DNA of 64,000 bases from Octopus vulgaris (GCA_951406725.2 OX597817.1:90520001-90584000), one strand, 5' to 3'; counted from the stretch's first letter, positions 24,637 through 39,704 are shown. Notes: a model not told the origin generated them from the letters alone. A program made the numbers and translations.

Positions 24637-27600
24637 CACACACACTGGGATTCTTTCAGTTTCTGTCAACCAAATCCACTCACAAAGCTTTTATCAGCCT
24701 GTGGATATATTAGAAGACACTTGTCCAAGGTACCATGCAGTGGGACTGAACCTAGAACAATATGATTGGGAAGCAAGCTGCTTACTACATAGCTACACCT
24801 GCACTTTATAATTATGGTTTTTAAATAATGCACAAGACCAACAACTTTGTGAGAATAGTTAGTCATTACCATTAATCCCAGTGCTTGAGTGATACTTTAA
24901 TACTTAAATTTATAAAACTAAATATAGTTAAAGGAAACTTGTAGTGAGGAATCAACAGGTACCAATTCTCTTCTAAGCATATGATACAAATAATTCTAAA
25001 TGACAAGTCTTCTGTGGACATGACAGTAGTAACAGTAGTGAATTAAAATATATATTAAATAATCTATATACACAAAACCTTGTTAAAAAGATAGATAAAG
25101 TCAGCCTCTTTAGGAGGATTAAATAATGACAAAATCTCATAGACTGATACAAATAATTCCTTACTTCGGAAACAAATTTCAAAGTTGTTAGATGCAGGTT
25201 TTAGATTTCTACTGTAGGAGAAAACTAAATCAATAAGTGCAATAACTAACCTATTATAGATATATTGGTAGAATAGATTGAATAAACTCCAGTAAGCAGG
25301 ACAAACTACCAGCTGTATCTAGATTAAATTCCACCAAAGGAGACTATACCTTTCATTTCTTCTGCGGTCAATAAAAATTGTAGTGAAGTACCAAGGTCAA
25401 TATGATATTCCTCTTAAGCATCATAGATGTCAATGTAATTGTAATATGAAATATCTCTGGTATTACCATAAAACCCAGTTAGTTAAATAGATACGAGGTA
25501 GACCAGGATATTCTGCATCATGGATTGCTATAATTCAAAATGGAGTGTTGTCACAGTAATAATAAATAGGGACTATTAATTAGCTATTAATAACCTCTGA
25601 TAATTAAGGGAATATTAATTATATTTATTTATGTAAAGAAAGCAGAGATAATGTGTGGATGTACATAAAGCATAATTATAGACTTATTGATGGTTGAATA
25701 TTAGTTGTTATTAAAGGAAAATTGTAATAATATATCTTATACAAATGAGAAATTTATGGGAGTACACAAGCTGGGTAGGGAGTGCAGCTAATTATCACTC
25801 ATAAGTGAGTATGATTTGGTAATATATACCAAGCTTCCACTATTTATTTTGCATGCCAATGTAGTAATGAGTAGACCCAGACATCTTCTTGGCTTCATCA
25901 TGCTCAACCCAGTGGAACATCTGGGATGGGACAGCTAAAAGAAGAGGGAGGATTGCACAAGCACCTAGTTGGTAGTCATTTACAGTTAAATGAACTAGTT
26001 GAGCAATATGAGATGAAGTGCCTTGCTCAAGGTCACAATATGCCATACAGCCCAGGAATTAAACTCTTGACTTTATGATCATAAGACAAATGCTCTGACC
26101 TTCATACACAAAGCGGCTATATGTATAAGTAATGAAATAAGATAGAAATATGAATTCAGATTTATTATTCAAAATGTTTGCTTGAAAACTCTTTAAGGTA
26201 TAGAATAAAACCTCATGTTTCTAAAAACCACCGTAAGTATGTGTATGCTCCTCTCTAAAAAGAGAGAGAAAAATGAAGAAATACATATATACACACAATT
26301 TTTTTTTATATTTGTCAAAATAAAATGGGTGGGGTGGAGGGCAACAAAAGACATTGAAGCATTACTAAGAACAATGATAAAACTGAGATGCTGGAAAAGT
26401 CACGTGTGCTCCTGAGCCTCTCTTGAGTTATTTTATTGGCTGCCCAAAAAGATAAAAGGCAAAATCTTCACTTGCAAATTTGGAATCATACTGCAGAAAG
26501 ATAAAACTACAACAATTCTTCTAGTTTGGTCAAAGAGCGAGACAATATGTCAGAAATATCAGCTAAATCTCTATCAAATCACAAACTGTTCTCTTCACAA
26601 AGGAAGGACATATTAGACAATGTAGTTCTATATGTGTATATATAAGACTATACTATCCAATGCCTCTTCCTTTGTAAATACAATAGCATATGATATTGCC
26701 AACAGTCTTCCTCTCTCTCTCATTTCAAGACTGTTGAATTGGGAAAAATAATGGTAAGATGCCAAACTAGGAGAATTCAGCATTTTATCTTATCTGTTTG
26801 CAGTCTGATTCCAGATTTGCCAGAGAAGATTTTTGCCTTAGTTATATATATCATACATGTATATGTGTGAGTGTGTGTACACAGAATATATATTCGTAAT
26901 AGAAAAAAAATTGGATGGTCACGGGTGGAATATCTTTGGCCATAGAATTAATCTGAGAAGGTTAAACTACTGAACTATCCTCCAGCATATGAATTTTTTT
27001 TTATTCTTTCTTTCCTTCCTTCCTTCATATATTTGCTGCCACAATTAAAAACAAAGCAGCATCTGGTCACTGGGCATGCTAGGAATGGTGTCCAAATCTG
27101 AGTCAAATCACACTTTATTTTTTTTAAAAAAGGAAACACTGTATCTTGTATTCCTAGATATACTGTGACAGGATCTAAATTGCAGTCACTACTGAAAATC
27201 TGTAGGTCATACAGGGATAACATATAACCAAACAACTTGCTATTCTTCTAGGTTTATGAATTAAAATAGCATTGCCCAGTTCCATGCATCTTAGAAACAA
27301 AATGTTAAGCTTTTATTGTTAAGAAATCAAACTGTAAGTCCTGTCAATGAGATATTTTCTGAAATAAAGGTTTAAAAAACAGAGAAAAGGAATTGTTCAA
27401 TCTAGATGCATTGAAAAAACAAAATTGCATTTTTGTTTGCTGAAGTTACTTTATACCGGTGGTTCTCAAACTGAGAAATACTAAGACCCACCCACTTTTG
27501 GTATGAAACTAGCAATTTTAGGGAAGGGATTAAGTCAATTACATCGACTCCAGTGTTCAACTGGTACTTATTTTATTGACACCAAAAGGGTGAAAGACAA

Positions 27601-27944
27601 AATCGACCTTCATGGAAGTTGAACTCAGAAAGAAATTATAGTTAACATCCATATAATTCTTTCAGCATATCTACACAATTCTGCCCCCACCCTGATTTTG
27701 TTTCCTCATAACTTCCAGAAAAATAGATATTTTAAAATGAAATATGCTTCAAATGGCATAGATACAGATTATATCAGAATCAGTTGTGAAACATTTTATC
27801 CGAGGGTAGGGAGAGAAGTTTTGAAAAATTCACATGAGTCAGCTTTGGTTCCTTATAACTTTCAGAAAAACGAGTGCTTTCTTTTTAGGAAATTTTTTAC
27901 AAATACTTTTCAGATGGTGTAAATCAGGATTTTTCTTTTTATTT

Positions 27945-29005
27945 AAAGTTTCAGCTCAGAGCTGCGGCCATGCTGATGCACTGCCGTTTTGCGCTACACT
28001 GTTATTACTAGGAGCCTCCTCTAATATGTGGCACTTGATGAAGAATAGAGTTTGATATAGCTACCTTCATTTGCACCTCTTGCCGTGAGGTAGGCTCATC
28101 TGGGACTCTTGACAGGAAGAGGTCCAGCTTTGATTTAAAAACCCTTACATCTACTTTGTGCAAGTTTCTCAGACTTTTTGGAGAATATTAAAAAGCTGTG
28201 GGCCCTTGAAACCCAGGCTGTTGCAGTAACTGGTCCTGAAGTGTGATGGCATTGCTGGAATCTTTGGCACTAAGCAGTGTCGTCCCGTTCTGGCATTGGT
28301 GTAGCTTTCAATGCCAAAATTTGGCACAATTCCTTCCAGTATCCTCCAGATATACATTACTGCATACCTCTCCCGGCTTCTCTCCAGGGAGTAGAGTCTT
28401 AGCTGTTTCAACCTTTCCCAGTAGCTGAGCTGTTACAAAGAGACGATCTTCTTTGTGAATCTTCTCTGGATTGCTTCAAGGTCTGCTGTTAATCTCACAC
28501 TGGTGGGTGACCATAGCTGTGAGCAGTAATTCAGGTGGCTGAGGATGAATGTCTGCCAGAGGACCATCATGGTTTCCTTATCTCTGGTTCTGAATGTTCT
28601 TAGGATCCATCCAGCTAGTTGTCTGCACTTTGTCGCCATCCTGGTAATGTGCACTTGGAAAGAGGTATCATCACTCATGTCGATACCCAGGTCCCTCACT
28701 GACTTAGACTCTGGGATTGAAATTCCCTCTGGACCGGTGTACCTTGTAGGTTTAATATTCAGTTTTGGATGTAGGTTTAATATTCAGTAGCACAGGGTCT
28801 GGAATTTTTCAGCATTAAACTGCATATTATTATCCTCAGCCCATCTGTAAATTGAGACCAACTCCTGCTGCAGGTGTGTAACATCGCTGGGGTTCTGTAT
28901 TTTCTGTGAGAATTTCATATCATCAGCATAGCTTGCCAGAGTGGCTATCCGGGCATTTGAGGGCATATCTGAGAGGGCCACTATAAAATGCAGTGGTCCC
29001 ATTAT
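27945..29005 (-). mobile_element. 5'-truncated CR1/L2-group LINE
   Basis: GPLHFIVALSDMP..YADDMK, RDLGIDM, LNYCSQLWSP and YSLERSRERY across ORFs 28784-29011, 28433-28699 and 28169-28411. Confidence 0.87.
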
Positions 29006-30207
29006 ACACAATTTTTTCAGAGTTTAAAGTGAAAAATAAAATTGCTGGGTACACACACATACAAACTAACACATCACAATTTTTTTCAGAAATTTCAAGT
29101 TACATTTTGTAGATAAGTGAAGTGTGTCAGTATGTATGTGTGTGAGCTCACCATTTATTTATTTATTTATTTATTTATTTTTCCCATATCAAATTCCAAT
29201 ATAATTGTAATATGTACACTCTGAAAGATATTTGTAGAATATTTCATTAAAAGAATACTCATTTTTCTACAAGTTATAGGGAAACAAAAATGACTCATGT
29301 GAATTTTCGGAAACTCCTCTCTCCATCTGCAAATTCCAATATAATCACAATCTACACCATCTGAAGGTATTTGCAGAAAATTTCATTAAAAATATCAATT
29401 TTTCTGGAAGTTATAAGGAAAAAGATGTTGGAGTGGGGGAACACTTGTGTCAGTATGTCCTACTTTCTTCACCATGTTATCGAACAAGTTTAAAAAAGTT
29501 GAGAAACCACCGACGTTTTATCAAGCATGGCAACATCTAAATTTGACTAAACATGACAATTTGTCCACCCCCTTTTCAATATTTGGACACACTCCAGGAA
29601 AGTTGGCCACTTTCATATGAAACACTGCTCTATACCAATGTTTCTCAAATGGTACCCCACAAGGATATATTTATTTAGATGTGCTGTGGCATTTCAAAAC
29701 ATAATTTGTAGCTTTTGAATTAATGTTTAAGAACACTCAAGTGAAAATACTCCAGTTACATTTATATTTGGTCTCCACTGTGACATGAAACCAAAATATC
29801 TGAGAACCACTGCACATATTATTACCGTGAGGAATATTTGTGAGAGAAACAGCTTTTTTTTTTATTAATTAAAACCTAATTAGTTCTATAAAGAACTAAT
29901 TATGTTTATAAAGAAACAATTAATTCTTCATAGAATTACATTTATAGAAAAAAGAATTGGAAAAATTTTAGAGAAATTATATAACTTGAACAGTCACAGA
30001 TTTGACAAAAAATATAATTAAGGTAAAAAACTGGGAAATATAAATATTAAAACACAAGCGTACATGGTAGGAATTGATACGAGAAAGTTGACACATACAT
30101 TGCTTTTTATAGCAGTGTTAATTATGCTAAATGAATTCATACACACAAATGACTCAAACAAGTATCCAAGAAGTCCCAAATTGGCAAGAAATGTAAGCTG
30201 GGTAATG

Positions 30208-30345
<138 letters not shown>

Positions 30346-33300
30346 TATATATATAGCATATGTAAACAGAACAATTAATGAAAGAAAAAATAGGTTGCTG
30401 TAACAGACCTGTTTCACACAAGTTGGTAAAAAAATAAATAACATGTGTTTCAAAGCAAAACACATTTCTACAGAGTACACAGCCATTGAGAAGGAAAGAG
30501 AGGAATAAATAAAATTTGGTTTACTCAGCACGCCATGAAAGATAGTAAAACTACAGTACTATAAGAAAGAAGCTATATTCTAAATTTAGTGTTCATATAT
30601 AAGTTAAGAAAATAAACACTGGCTTCTTTGAAAGAAACAAAGCTTAAGATAGCATATCACTGATTTAAAACAAAATAGCAGAGTGAAACAGTAGATTCCA
30701 AAGAAACGAATGATTGTCTGAGTGAGCATACAAATAGGAAGTAGGGAAAAGTTCATGAACTTAAGTTATTTCATCATCTGTGCACCTCCTGACAACATAA
30801 AAGAAAAGAATAAAATACAGAGTTTAATTACATTCATTGTGTAATACAATATACATCAAAACAAGGTTGAATTCTTTTTGTTCTTGAAACTTGTAATAAG
30901 ATAAAAGTTTGGTTCACCTGATATCTACAATTACACCGAAACCATTGTGTAACTCTGTTATATCATGCTCTGATAACAAAGTGTCAGGTGGCTTAAATCA
31001 TTACCTTGTCGTTACTTTAACTTCTGAACTGGCCGAATCGTTAGAACATTGAACGAAATACTTTGCAGTATTTTTTGTTGCAGTTCTTTATGTTTGTTGT
31101 TCAAACACAGCTGAGGTCAGCTCTACCTTTCATTTCTTACAAACTCGGTAATATTAAGTACTAGTCAGGTGCTGGAGTAAATATTACTGACTAAAACCCT
31201 CTATCAAAACTGCTGACCTTGTGCCTAAATTAGAAATTCATTTAAGCCCCAGGTCAGCTCTTATTGAGCAGACACAACAAAAGGCATTCCATCAAGGATT
31301 ATCCAATCTTTTTGTATCTTTTTCTTTTTCTTTTTTCTACTTATTTCAGTCATGCTGGGGAACTGCTTTAAAGGAGTCTTAGTCAAACATATCGACCCCA
31401 GAACATTTTTATAGCCTAGTACTTATTCTATTGATATTTTTTGCTGAACCACTAAGTTATGGGGACATAAACACACCAGTTGACATGCAACAGTGGGCGA
31501 CAAACACACACACATAGATATAATGGACTTCTCTCAGTTTCCATTCATCAAATTCACTCACAAGGCTAGAATACCCCAAGGTGCCACACAATGGGACTGA
31601 GCCTGGAACCATGTGGTTGGGAAGCAAACTTCTTACCACACAGTCATGTCTGTGCTCACATATTTAATTTCATTTACATTGTCTAATATCTCCTTCTTTT
31701 TTACTAAGACGATAGATTTGAATGAGGTTTGCCTGCTAATTCTTGTAGGTCAAGAGACCATTTAGAGGGTCCCCGATATTTAAAAGCCTGCACCCTCTCT
31801 TTCTCAGTCAAGGCTGACCTGTGTGGTACAACAAAATCATAATCATCAGCTATGCTTTTCCGATTAATTATTGTTTAGCCCCAGGTCAACCATAATCAAT
31901 CAGTCTGGTGATGAAAGACATTCTAGCCTTGATCATACTGTCTTTCTCCTATTTGCAGAGACCTCCCCCATTCCCATTTTCTCTTGGACAACTGGGTCTG
32001 GTTTGAGAGAAATTTGACAGCTATATCTAGCAGGCTGAGCAACTATGCAGAAGCTGTCTGGCTGTGTGAAACCTTTCTCTCTCTCTCTTGCCCTTTCTCT
32101 TTCAAGTCCAAGGACTGTATGTCAACATGATAATTTTAATATAGTGTAGTAATAGTTTGATATTTCAACACAGCTAACCTCACTTTCCCCCTGCTATTTA
32201 CTCTAACATAATAATTATAAATTGTAAACAATCTGTTTATTGAAGAGCCAACCGATCAAAACTAGTTGCAGATAAGAAAAATATTCTATAATGAAGTGCT
32301 TGATTAAAACTGCTGACACCACCCATTTACAATAACATCATATCCCAATCTACAAAAATCTATAAACAAACATAATGAATTAGTAAAAACTCTTAGGTTT
32401 TAACCCTTTGAGTTGTAAATAGAATCAATGAAAGACTTTGAATGAACTGTCAGACAGAATGTCTAGGAACGTAGTCCAGAAGTACAACCAGCAATCTAGT
32501 CTTTGGTGGTAGTGAGTCCATATATAGAAATGCTCAAAGAAACAGAATTACTCAGCCTAAGAATAGAATAACCAAGATACTTAATCTATATACAAGCAAA
32601 TTACCTGTGAACTAAACTGTAAATTTTATGTGCAATTATGCATGAAACAGTGTTCATCTTATAACTTATAATAATCAAAGGGAATGTTAAGCCATGTTTT
32701 ATGGGGTGGAGGAAGAGCATAGACTCAGCGTGAAGGGGAGCAACGGTAGGGGCACATTAAGATGATAAAAGATTAGGTTGTTGATGGATGCTAAAAGTAA
32801 AAATGTCATGCACGCACACACACACATTCTTGCATGCATGTAAGTATTTGTGTGTGCATGTGTATACATGACACACGTTCACACATGTATGCAACTACAC
32901 TCATATAATATTGACAAATAATAGTGGTTGAGATTTCACCTTTAAATCTGGCTTCTCAAAACATGCTTAGTGTATCACATAAATGTACTAAACTAGCATA
33001 CGTACACAAACACACACATATATATTGCTGATGTCATAGGAATTTAGAAAATTCAAGAACATGAAATAATTCTTTTTAGGAATTATGAATTTCAAAACAA
33101 ATAAAGCTATAAATAATAGCAAGTAAATATTGGGTTAAAAGCTTTTTGGATAAGTAAAGTCAAATGCTGCTCATGGGACTTGATCCAACATCTGTAAGCA
33201 TGACAGATGTTCTACTATTGGACCAAAGTAATACCTGAAATTTTTCTATAGGTGCAGGTGTGACTGTCAGGTAAGAAGCTTGCTTCCCAACCACATGGTT

Positions 33301-33899
33301 CTGGATTCACTCCAGCTGCATGGCATCTTGGGCAAGTGTCTTCTACTATAGTCTCAGGCTGACCAAATCCTTGTTGGTGGTTTTAGTAGATGAAAACTGA
33401 AGCAAGCCTGTTCTGTATATATCATCATCATCATCATCATTTAACACCCACTTTCCATGCTGACATGGGTTGAATGGTTTGACTGACGACTGGCAAGACA
33501 GGAGGCTGCACCAGGCCCCAATCTGATCTAGCAAGGTTTCTACGCCCCTCCTAATGCCAACTACTCTAAGAGTGTAGTGGGTGCTTTTTATGTGCCACCA
33601 GCACAAGGGCCAGTCAGGCAGCATTGGCACACATATATGTACATATATCTGTATGTGTGTCTTTGTGTCTGTGTTTGTTCCCACCTACCACTGCTTAACA
33701 ACTGGTGCTGGTGTGTTCACGTCCCTGTTACTTAGTAGTTCAGCAAAGAACACCAACAGAATGAGTACCAGGCTTGAAAAAAAAAAAAGAAAACCCTTAT
33801 GTACTGGGATTGATTTATTTAGCAAAGAATTTAAGGCTGAAACAAGTAAAAGAATAAAGAATCCATTTTAGAAACTTAATCCATGCCTTACACCCCTTG

Positions 33900-34330
33900 T
33901 CTTTTCTCACACTGGTGTATAACTTCAAAATAACTTGTTGGTCTTTTCAGGTGATCAGGATCTAGATATCCTTGCAAACTCCACCATGAATGCATATTGT
34001 TGTAGGTCATCACTTCGCTTCCAATATAGCTGCATTGTGCTGTAAAGATGACTACAAGCCAAGGCTAGACAAACACTATGCTTGTAGGCTATGATCCTCT
34101 TGTTTCTGCTGTTCTTGTACTGTGGAACCATACAGAAACAACATGTGGCACAACTTATGTAGAGCATGATCTCTGCCTCACTTTTCTTCTAATCCTTAGT
34201 TTTAAGTAACTGATATATATTTCTGTATCCCCTTCCCCCATCAAGAAAGTATACATCCTGTCACATATCAGCCAACACTTTCAAAGGAATATGGAAGTCA
34301 CATTGTCTTTTGAAAACTGGTGATATATCA
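33900..34330 (-). pseudogene. Possible decayed Ginger/KRBA2-like integrase fragment
   Basis: IPLKVLADM*QDVYFLDGGRGYRNIYQLLKTK...IMLYISCATC resembles an integrase H2C2 segment. The similarity is weak. Confidence 0.3.
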
Positions 34331-35538
34331 CTTCCTTTGATAGATTTCTCACTCAAGGAAGCATTCACTTTGGTGATATACCTCTCGTTTGATTTTTCCA
34401 TTCATTTAGGGTCAATCCATGTTTAGGTTCTCTGTAAAAGATTCATTACTATTTTGCTCTTGGTATTTTATTATATTTATTATTGCCACTTAAATTTACA
34501 TTTTTAATGCATTTTCCCTTTTTTTTTGTTTATATTGATTTCAAATTTTGGCACAAGGCCAGCAATTTGGGGATGGTAAAGTTTTTGTTACATTCACCCC
34601 AGTGCTCAACTAGTACTGATTTTATTGATCCCTGAAAGGACAAAAAGCAAAGTCAACCTTGACAGAATTTTAACTCAAAATGTAAAGACATACAAATTGC
34701 TGGTAAGCAGTTTTCCCAGTGTGCTAATGATTCTGCCAGCTCATGACCTTAATACAATTGTTTATATTAATAGCTGTGTTCATAACTTGTTTAATTATTC
34801 TTTATTCAGTTTTTCTTCTGGAATAAATTGTCTTTGTGTTTTGAAAAGTGGGCTACAAGCATATTCACTGCTCCTACCACTGCATTACAACTTGCATCTC
34901 TTCCTGCAATCATTGAATTGGGCATAGGGAATGACTGATAAAATGCAAGTATGGCTGTGTGGTTAAGAACTTTGCTTCCCAACCATATGGGACACAATGC
35001 ACCATCTGGCCCAGAAATTGAACTCATGAGATCGAACTCATAAGCCCAAAACCCTGACCACTAGGCTACACACCTTCATAATAGCAAACAACAACAATAA
35101 AAATATATTTTCTCAATCTTGAGAGATCATATTTATTCGGTTTTAATTAAACAAAAACAAACAAACAAACAAAGTCATTGGTGTGGAAAGCACTTTGTGC
35201 TTGACAAATAAAAATGTAATAAACATATTAATGAGTTTGTGAAGTAAATCAAAGTTTTAGTAAAATTTATGTTGAAAATTCCAGCTTATATAATATCATA
35301 CATTGATGGATTAATAACATCAATAATGATGATGATGATGGTGGTAGTGGTGGTGGTGGTGGTGGTGGAGGAGGAGGAGGAGGAAGAGGAGGGGAGGAGA
35401 AGTGTGGTAAGGAAGACTATAATAAAATATTGAACTGAGAATTATTTTAAAATTACAGTGTGATATTTTGCATAATCTATAAACAGATCTTGTCAGTATT
35501 TGATAAACTAGAAACTACTCTCTAATCAATATCTATTA

Positions 35539-35577
<39 letters not shown>

Positions 35578-37109
35578 CATTAGTGCTAAGGTCTTATGAT
35601 TTTGAGTATTATTTCTTTTGTGGTTATTTATTTTATTTTATTATATTTTATTTTTGTTGTGGTGATGGGAGATGGGAGTGTTAAAACATTTCACAAATAA
35701 TAAAAATGAAATATTCCATTTAAAGATTTTGAAAAATCATTTTTGTTTTGTTTTTGTATCTGAATTGATGATAATGCAGATTTGGTCTCTTTCTTCTTCC
35801 TCTTCTCCACCAATACTGATTAAAGAAACAATTAATTAGTTGTAGGAGAGATAATGAGCACCTGTGACATTTGTAGACTCTCCCAGACTCATTAAATCAA
35901 TGTGGTTGATGCTCATATTTAACAGTGTTGTCGTTGTTGTTCTGGGTAGCTCCAGACCAGCTCTAATTGAACACATCTGTGGTACCTAGTATGCTCAGCT
36001 GAACCTCTCCACTAGGTGGGATCCATAAATATATTTGATTCCATTTGTGTAACACTCCTATCAATAGTGAATGAACTGATTTATCTATGACTGAAGATGC
36101 TCTAGCGATGATCATGCCATCTTCTTTTAGGGATGATAAGGAGAACTTAGGGTATACAGGTATTTTGAAAATACCTCACAGAGTAATGACCATGCCCTGC
36201 ATAGTTATGGGCTGCCCTTTGGCAAGGCATAGCACCTGTTCAGCCACCTTGATAGGGCTACAGTGAAGTCATGAGACTGCAGCATGGCAGATTGTGAAGA
36301 GGTAGAGGAAGAACTCCACTGAGCCAACAGTGCTTCTTGTATTGATGCTGAACAGAGGAGTCCCAGAAGATCAACTGTTAGGATCATTAAGTTCTATCAA
36401 GAGAGTAACTGCAATGCATCCATAATGTTAGTGTCCCTTGTTGTATAATCAGCTATTATGAAAGACTTTCTACAACTCAAGCTCCCAACTAAGATTCATA
36501 ATAATGGAATTGGATGGCGACAGAGAGTCATGAGAATCCATGAAAGCAGCAAAAAGAAAAAAAAAAAGATAAAAGAACTACGTCAGGCAGCAAATTGGTA
36601 GGATTACTAAAATATCAGAAAATCAAAGTAACTCATGTTTGTTGCAGCTCTTTATGTTCTGAGTTCAAGCCACTTTGAGGTTATTTTTGCTTAGTATCCT
36701 TCTGGGATTCAGAAAAAACAAGGTACCTCTGCCTGTCTGGTATTGTAGATTTGTAGAATAGTTAAATCACAGTACACAGCTTCGTGGTATTTGTTCTGGA
36801 GTTTTTCATTACAAGTACCCAGACATGTAAGAGGAATTAAGCAGACAAGATAGTATCCTGTAAAAAATACCTGGATGAAAGCAAAGGAAATACTGCCTAA
36901 GTTTCTTTAATAAAGATTCCATGACAAACACATGGCGGATGTTCAGGAGCTCACCAGGAGCCACGCATACTTTTGGTAGAACAACAAAAGAATGACTACA
37001 TTATCCAATAAGTGTTTTCCTTATTGAAGATAAGCCATGATTTGAGGGAGATTTGGCTGATATTTTTAGCAAGTTGACTGACCACATAGAGGGAGAGAAC
37101 TAGCTATGA

Positions 37110-38210
37110 TAAAATGCTGTTTGGGTTTGTGCATGGATAAGGAAACACCAATGCACTTTTCTTAATGAGATAACTATAAGAAAATTTCTTAACCAAGAAC
37201 TAATCATTTACTGATCAGGAGAAAATCTTTCACAAGGTACCACACTCTATAGTCTGCAGGTTGCTATAAAAGCTGGGAGTAGAAGAATGACTTATGAGCC
37301 ATACACAAAAAGACTATAGGCAAAGTGAGAGACAACCAATAAGTTGAGGGAAGAATTTAACATCCAGGTGTTTATTATAGCCCACCTGGCCATAACAAGA
37401 AAGTTTAAGACTGGCTGTCTGAGAACTCCTGTATCTTGATGGTCTAGTCCAGTGGTCCTCTACTGGGGTCCATATAAGATTTTACAGTTAAAATTTATGT
37501 GCGATTAATTGCTTATACGTCTATCATACACAAAATATTTTATCAACTTTTTCATTCAATTCCTAATAAATATTTAATGATAAAAATATAATAGGCTTGT
37601 CTTTTTAAACATTGAATGATTACAGGGAACCTATGGAGCAAAATAGGAATCAAAAGGGTCTATAGGGAATGAATGTTTGAGAAACACATATCTAGTTAAA
37701 TAAGCCAAAGAATTGAGAGAAAGTTCTGAAACTGGAAATAGGATCTAAAATTGAAAAGCCTAATGGTCAATTTAGTGAAAACAAAATTTCTTAGTTTTCA
37801 GAAAAGAAAACAGAACTCTGCTCATAACTGGGAAAAATCCATGCTTGATATGTGGAACTGGAGTAGATAAAAACTCTTTATTGAGAACCCAGTCATAATA
37901 CTTAGAATAAGAATGGAGTGGGGGGAAAATGCAGGGATCTATTAGTTCTGTTAATAATTAAGGTATTTTTTTTTGGTTGATAGACAAACTGTGTGATGTT
38001 TGTGTCTACAGTGTGATATTACATGATGGTGAAAACACAAGTATTCAATGAAGAGGATATGCAAAATCTGGATAGAAATGAAACAAGCATGCTTCGCTGG
38101 ATGTCTAATGTCAGCATGCATGAATGATAGAATGCAAATGTGGAGAGAGAAAAACTGGGTGTTAGAAGCATCAGCTGTAATGTACAAGAGAGATGCGATA
38201 GACATGATAA
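37110..38210 (+). mobile_element. Old RTE RT fragment interrupted by a MITE-like element (~37450-37690)
   Basis: Decayed MQFGFV..STTDAIFL..QEKYL, LGVEEW and RNEASMLRWM-like DNA. Confidence 0.6.
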
Positions 38211-38402
38211 TGATGGTTCAAATGCCACCAGGGTTGACTTTGCTTTTCATCCTTTCAGTGTCAGTAAAATAAGTACCAGTTGAACACTGGGATCGATGTA
38301 ATCAACTTACCCTCACCCTTAAAATTTCTGACCTTGTGCCTATAGTAAAGAGGATTATTATTATTATTATTATTATCATTATTATTATTATTATTATTAT
38401 TA

Positions 38403-38433
<31 letters not shown>

Positions 38434-38700
38434 AAATTATTATTATTATTATTATTATTATTATTGTTATTAAGGCAGAAAGCTGTGGAATTGTTAGCAC
38501 GCTGGATGAAATGCTTAGCGGTATTTTGCCTGAAACTACGTTCTGAGTTCAAATTCCACCATGGTCGACTTTGCCTTTCATCATTTTGGGGTCAATAAAA
38601 TAAGTACCACTTGAACACTGGAGTCCATGTAATCGATTAGTCCTCTCCTGCCAAATTACTGCCCTTATGGCAAAATTTGAAACCATTATTATTATTATTA

Positions 38701-38761
<61 letters not shown>

Positions 38762-39345
38762 AATTATTATTATTATTATTTAATGTTTGTTTTTCATGCT
38801 GACATAGGTTGAATGGTTTTGCAACTAAGAAGTCTACACCAAATTCCAGTCTGATTTGGCTTGGTTTCTGATACCAACCACTTAGAACTGTGTGTTGGGT
38901 GCCTTTTACATGGCACTGGCACAGGTGCCATTATATGGCACTAGCATAGGAGGTTATTACATGGTACCATATAAAGAATAGTAGTTTTGTGAATGAAATG
39001 TTGGACAATATCCTTAGGAGAACAAGGAAGCGGAAGACTCAAGAAAACTAGGTGGAATAAAGTGGTGAGGGTTGACTTCAGGATGCAGGACCCACAAAGG
39101 GAATGAGGAAGGGTTGCATACAAATGGAAAGATGCTGCATTGAAAGAAGCCTCTTCTGTCTAACCCATACCATCATGAAAAGTAGGTGTAAAGTTGATGA
39201 TAATGATTTGAAATATATAACTGTAAATACATAGACAAATGCATGTGCACACACACACACACACACACACGTAAATTTTCTCTAATTTGCAGCTGCTGCA
39301 CAAACACATAGATATGCGTTTCTGTGTGGTGGTGTGTGTGTGTAT

Positions 39346-39382
<37 letters not shown>

Positions 39383-39391
39383 TAGATAGAT

Positions 39392-39458
<67 letters not shown>

Positions 39459-39532
39459 TACATATTCTGTTGTGTCTGGAGAGAGTCACTGTCTTTTAGT
39501 GCCTTATAATTTAACGCACTCACCGGTAAAAT

Positions 39533-39670
39533 TTCCACTTATTTCTTTTTTATTTTTTAAAAACTTTTGCTGCGTCTTGCAACCTTGTCAATAGTTTTGA
39601 CTCTTGAAAACTATTGAAAGGGTTGCAAGACGCAACGAAAATTTTAGAAAAAAAAAAGAAGTAAGTGGAA
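39533..39670. repeat. Inverted repeat with ~65-bp arms and an 8-nt spacer
   Basis: TTCCACTTATTTC...TGCGTCTTGCAACCTTGTCAATAGTTTT gactcttg AAAACTATTGAAAGGGTTGCAAGACGCA...GAAGTAAGTGGAA. Confidence 0.85.
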
Positions 39671-39704
39671 TCTTGCAAACCAAATCCCAAAACGAAATAT
39701 ATAT

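Noticed and set aside
30910-30955. CTGAT...CCGAAAC hammerhead-like fragment
   Set aside because: The core is incomplete and half of stem II is missing, so it cannot be supported.
36085-36118. CTGAAGA followed by a small hairpin
   Set aside because: GAAA is absent, and the sequence is a variant of a common dispersed repeat (ATGATCAAAGGCATTCCAGCCATGACCATC-like).
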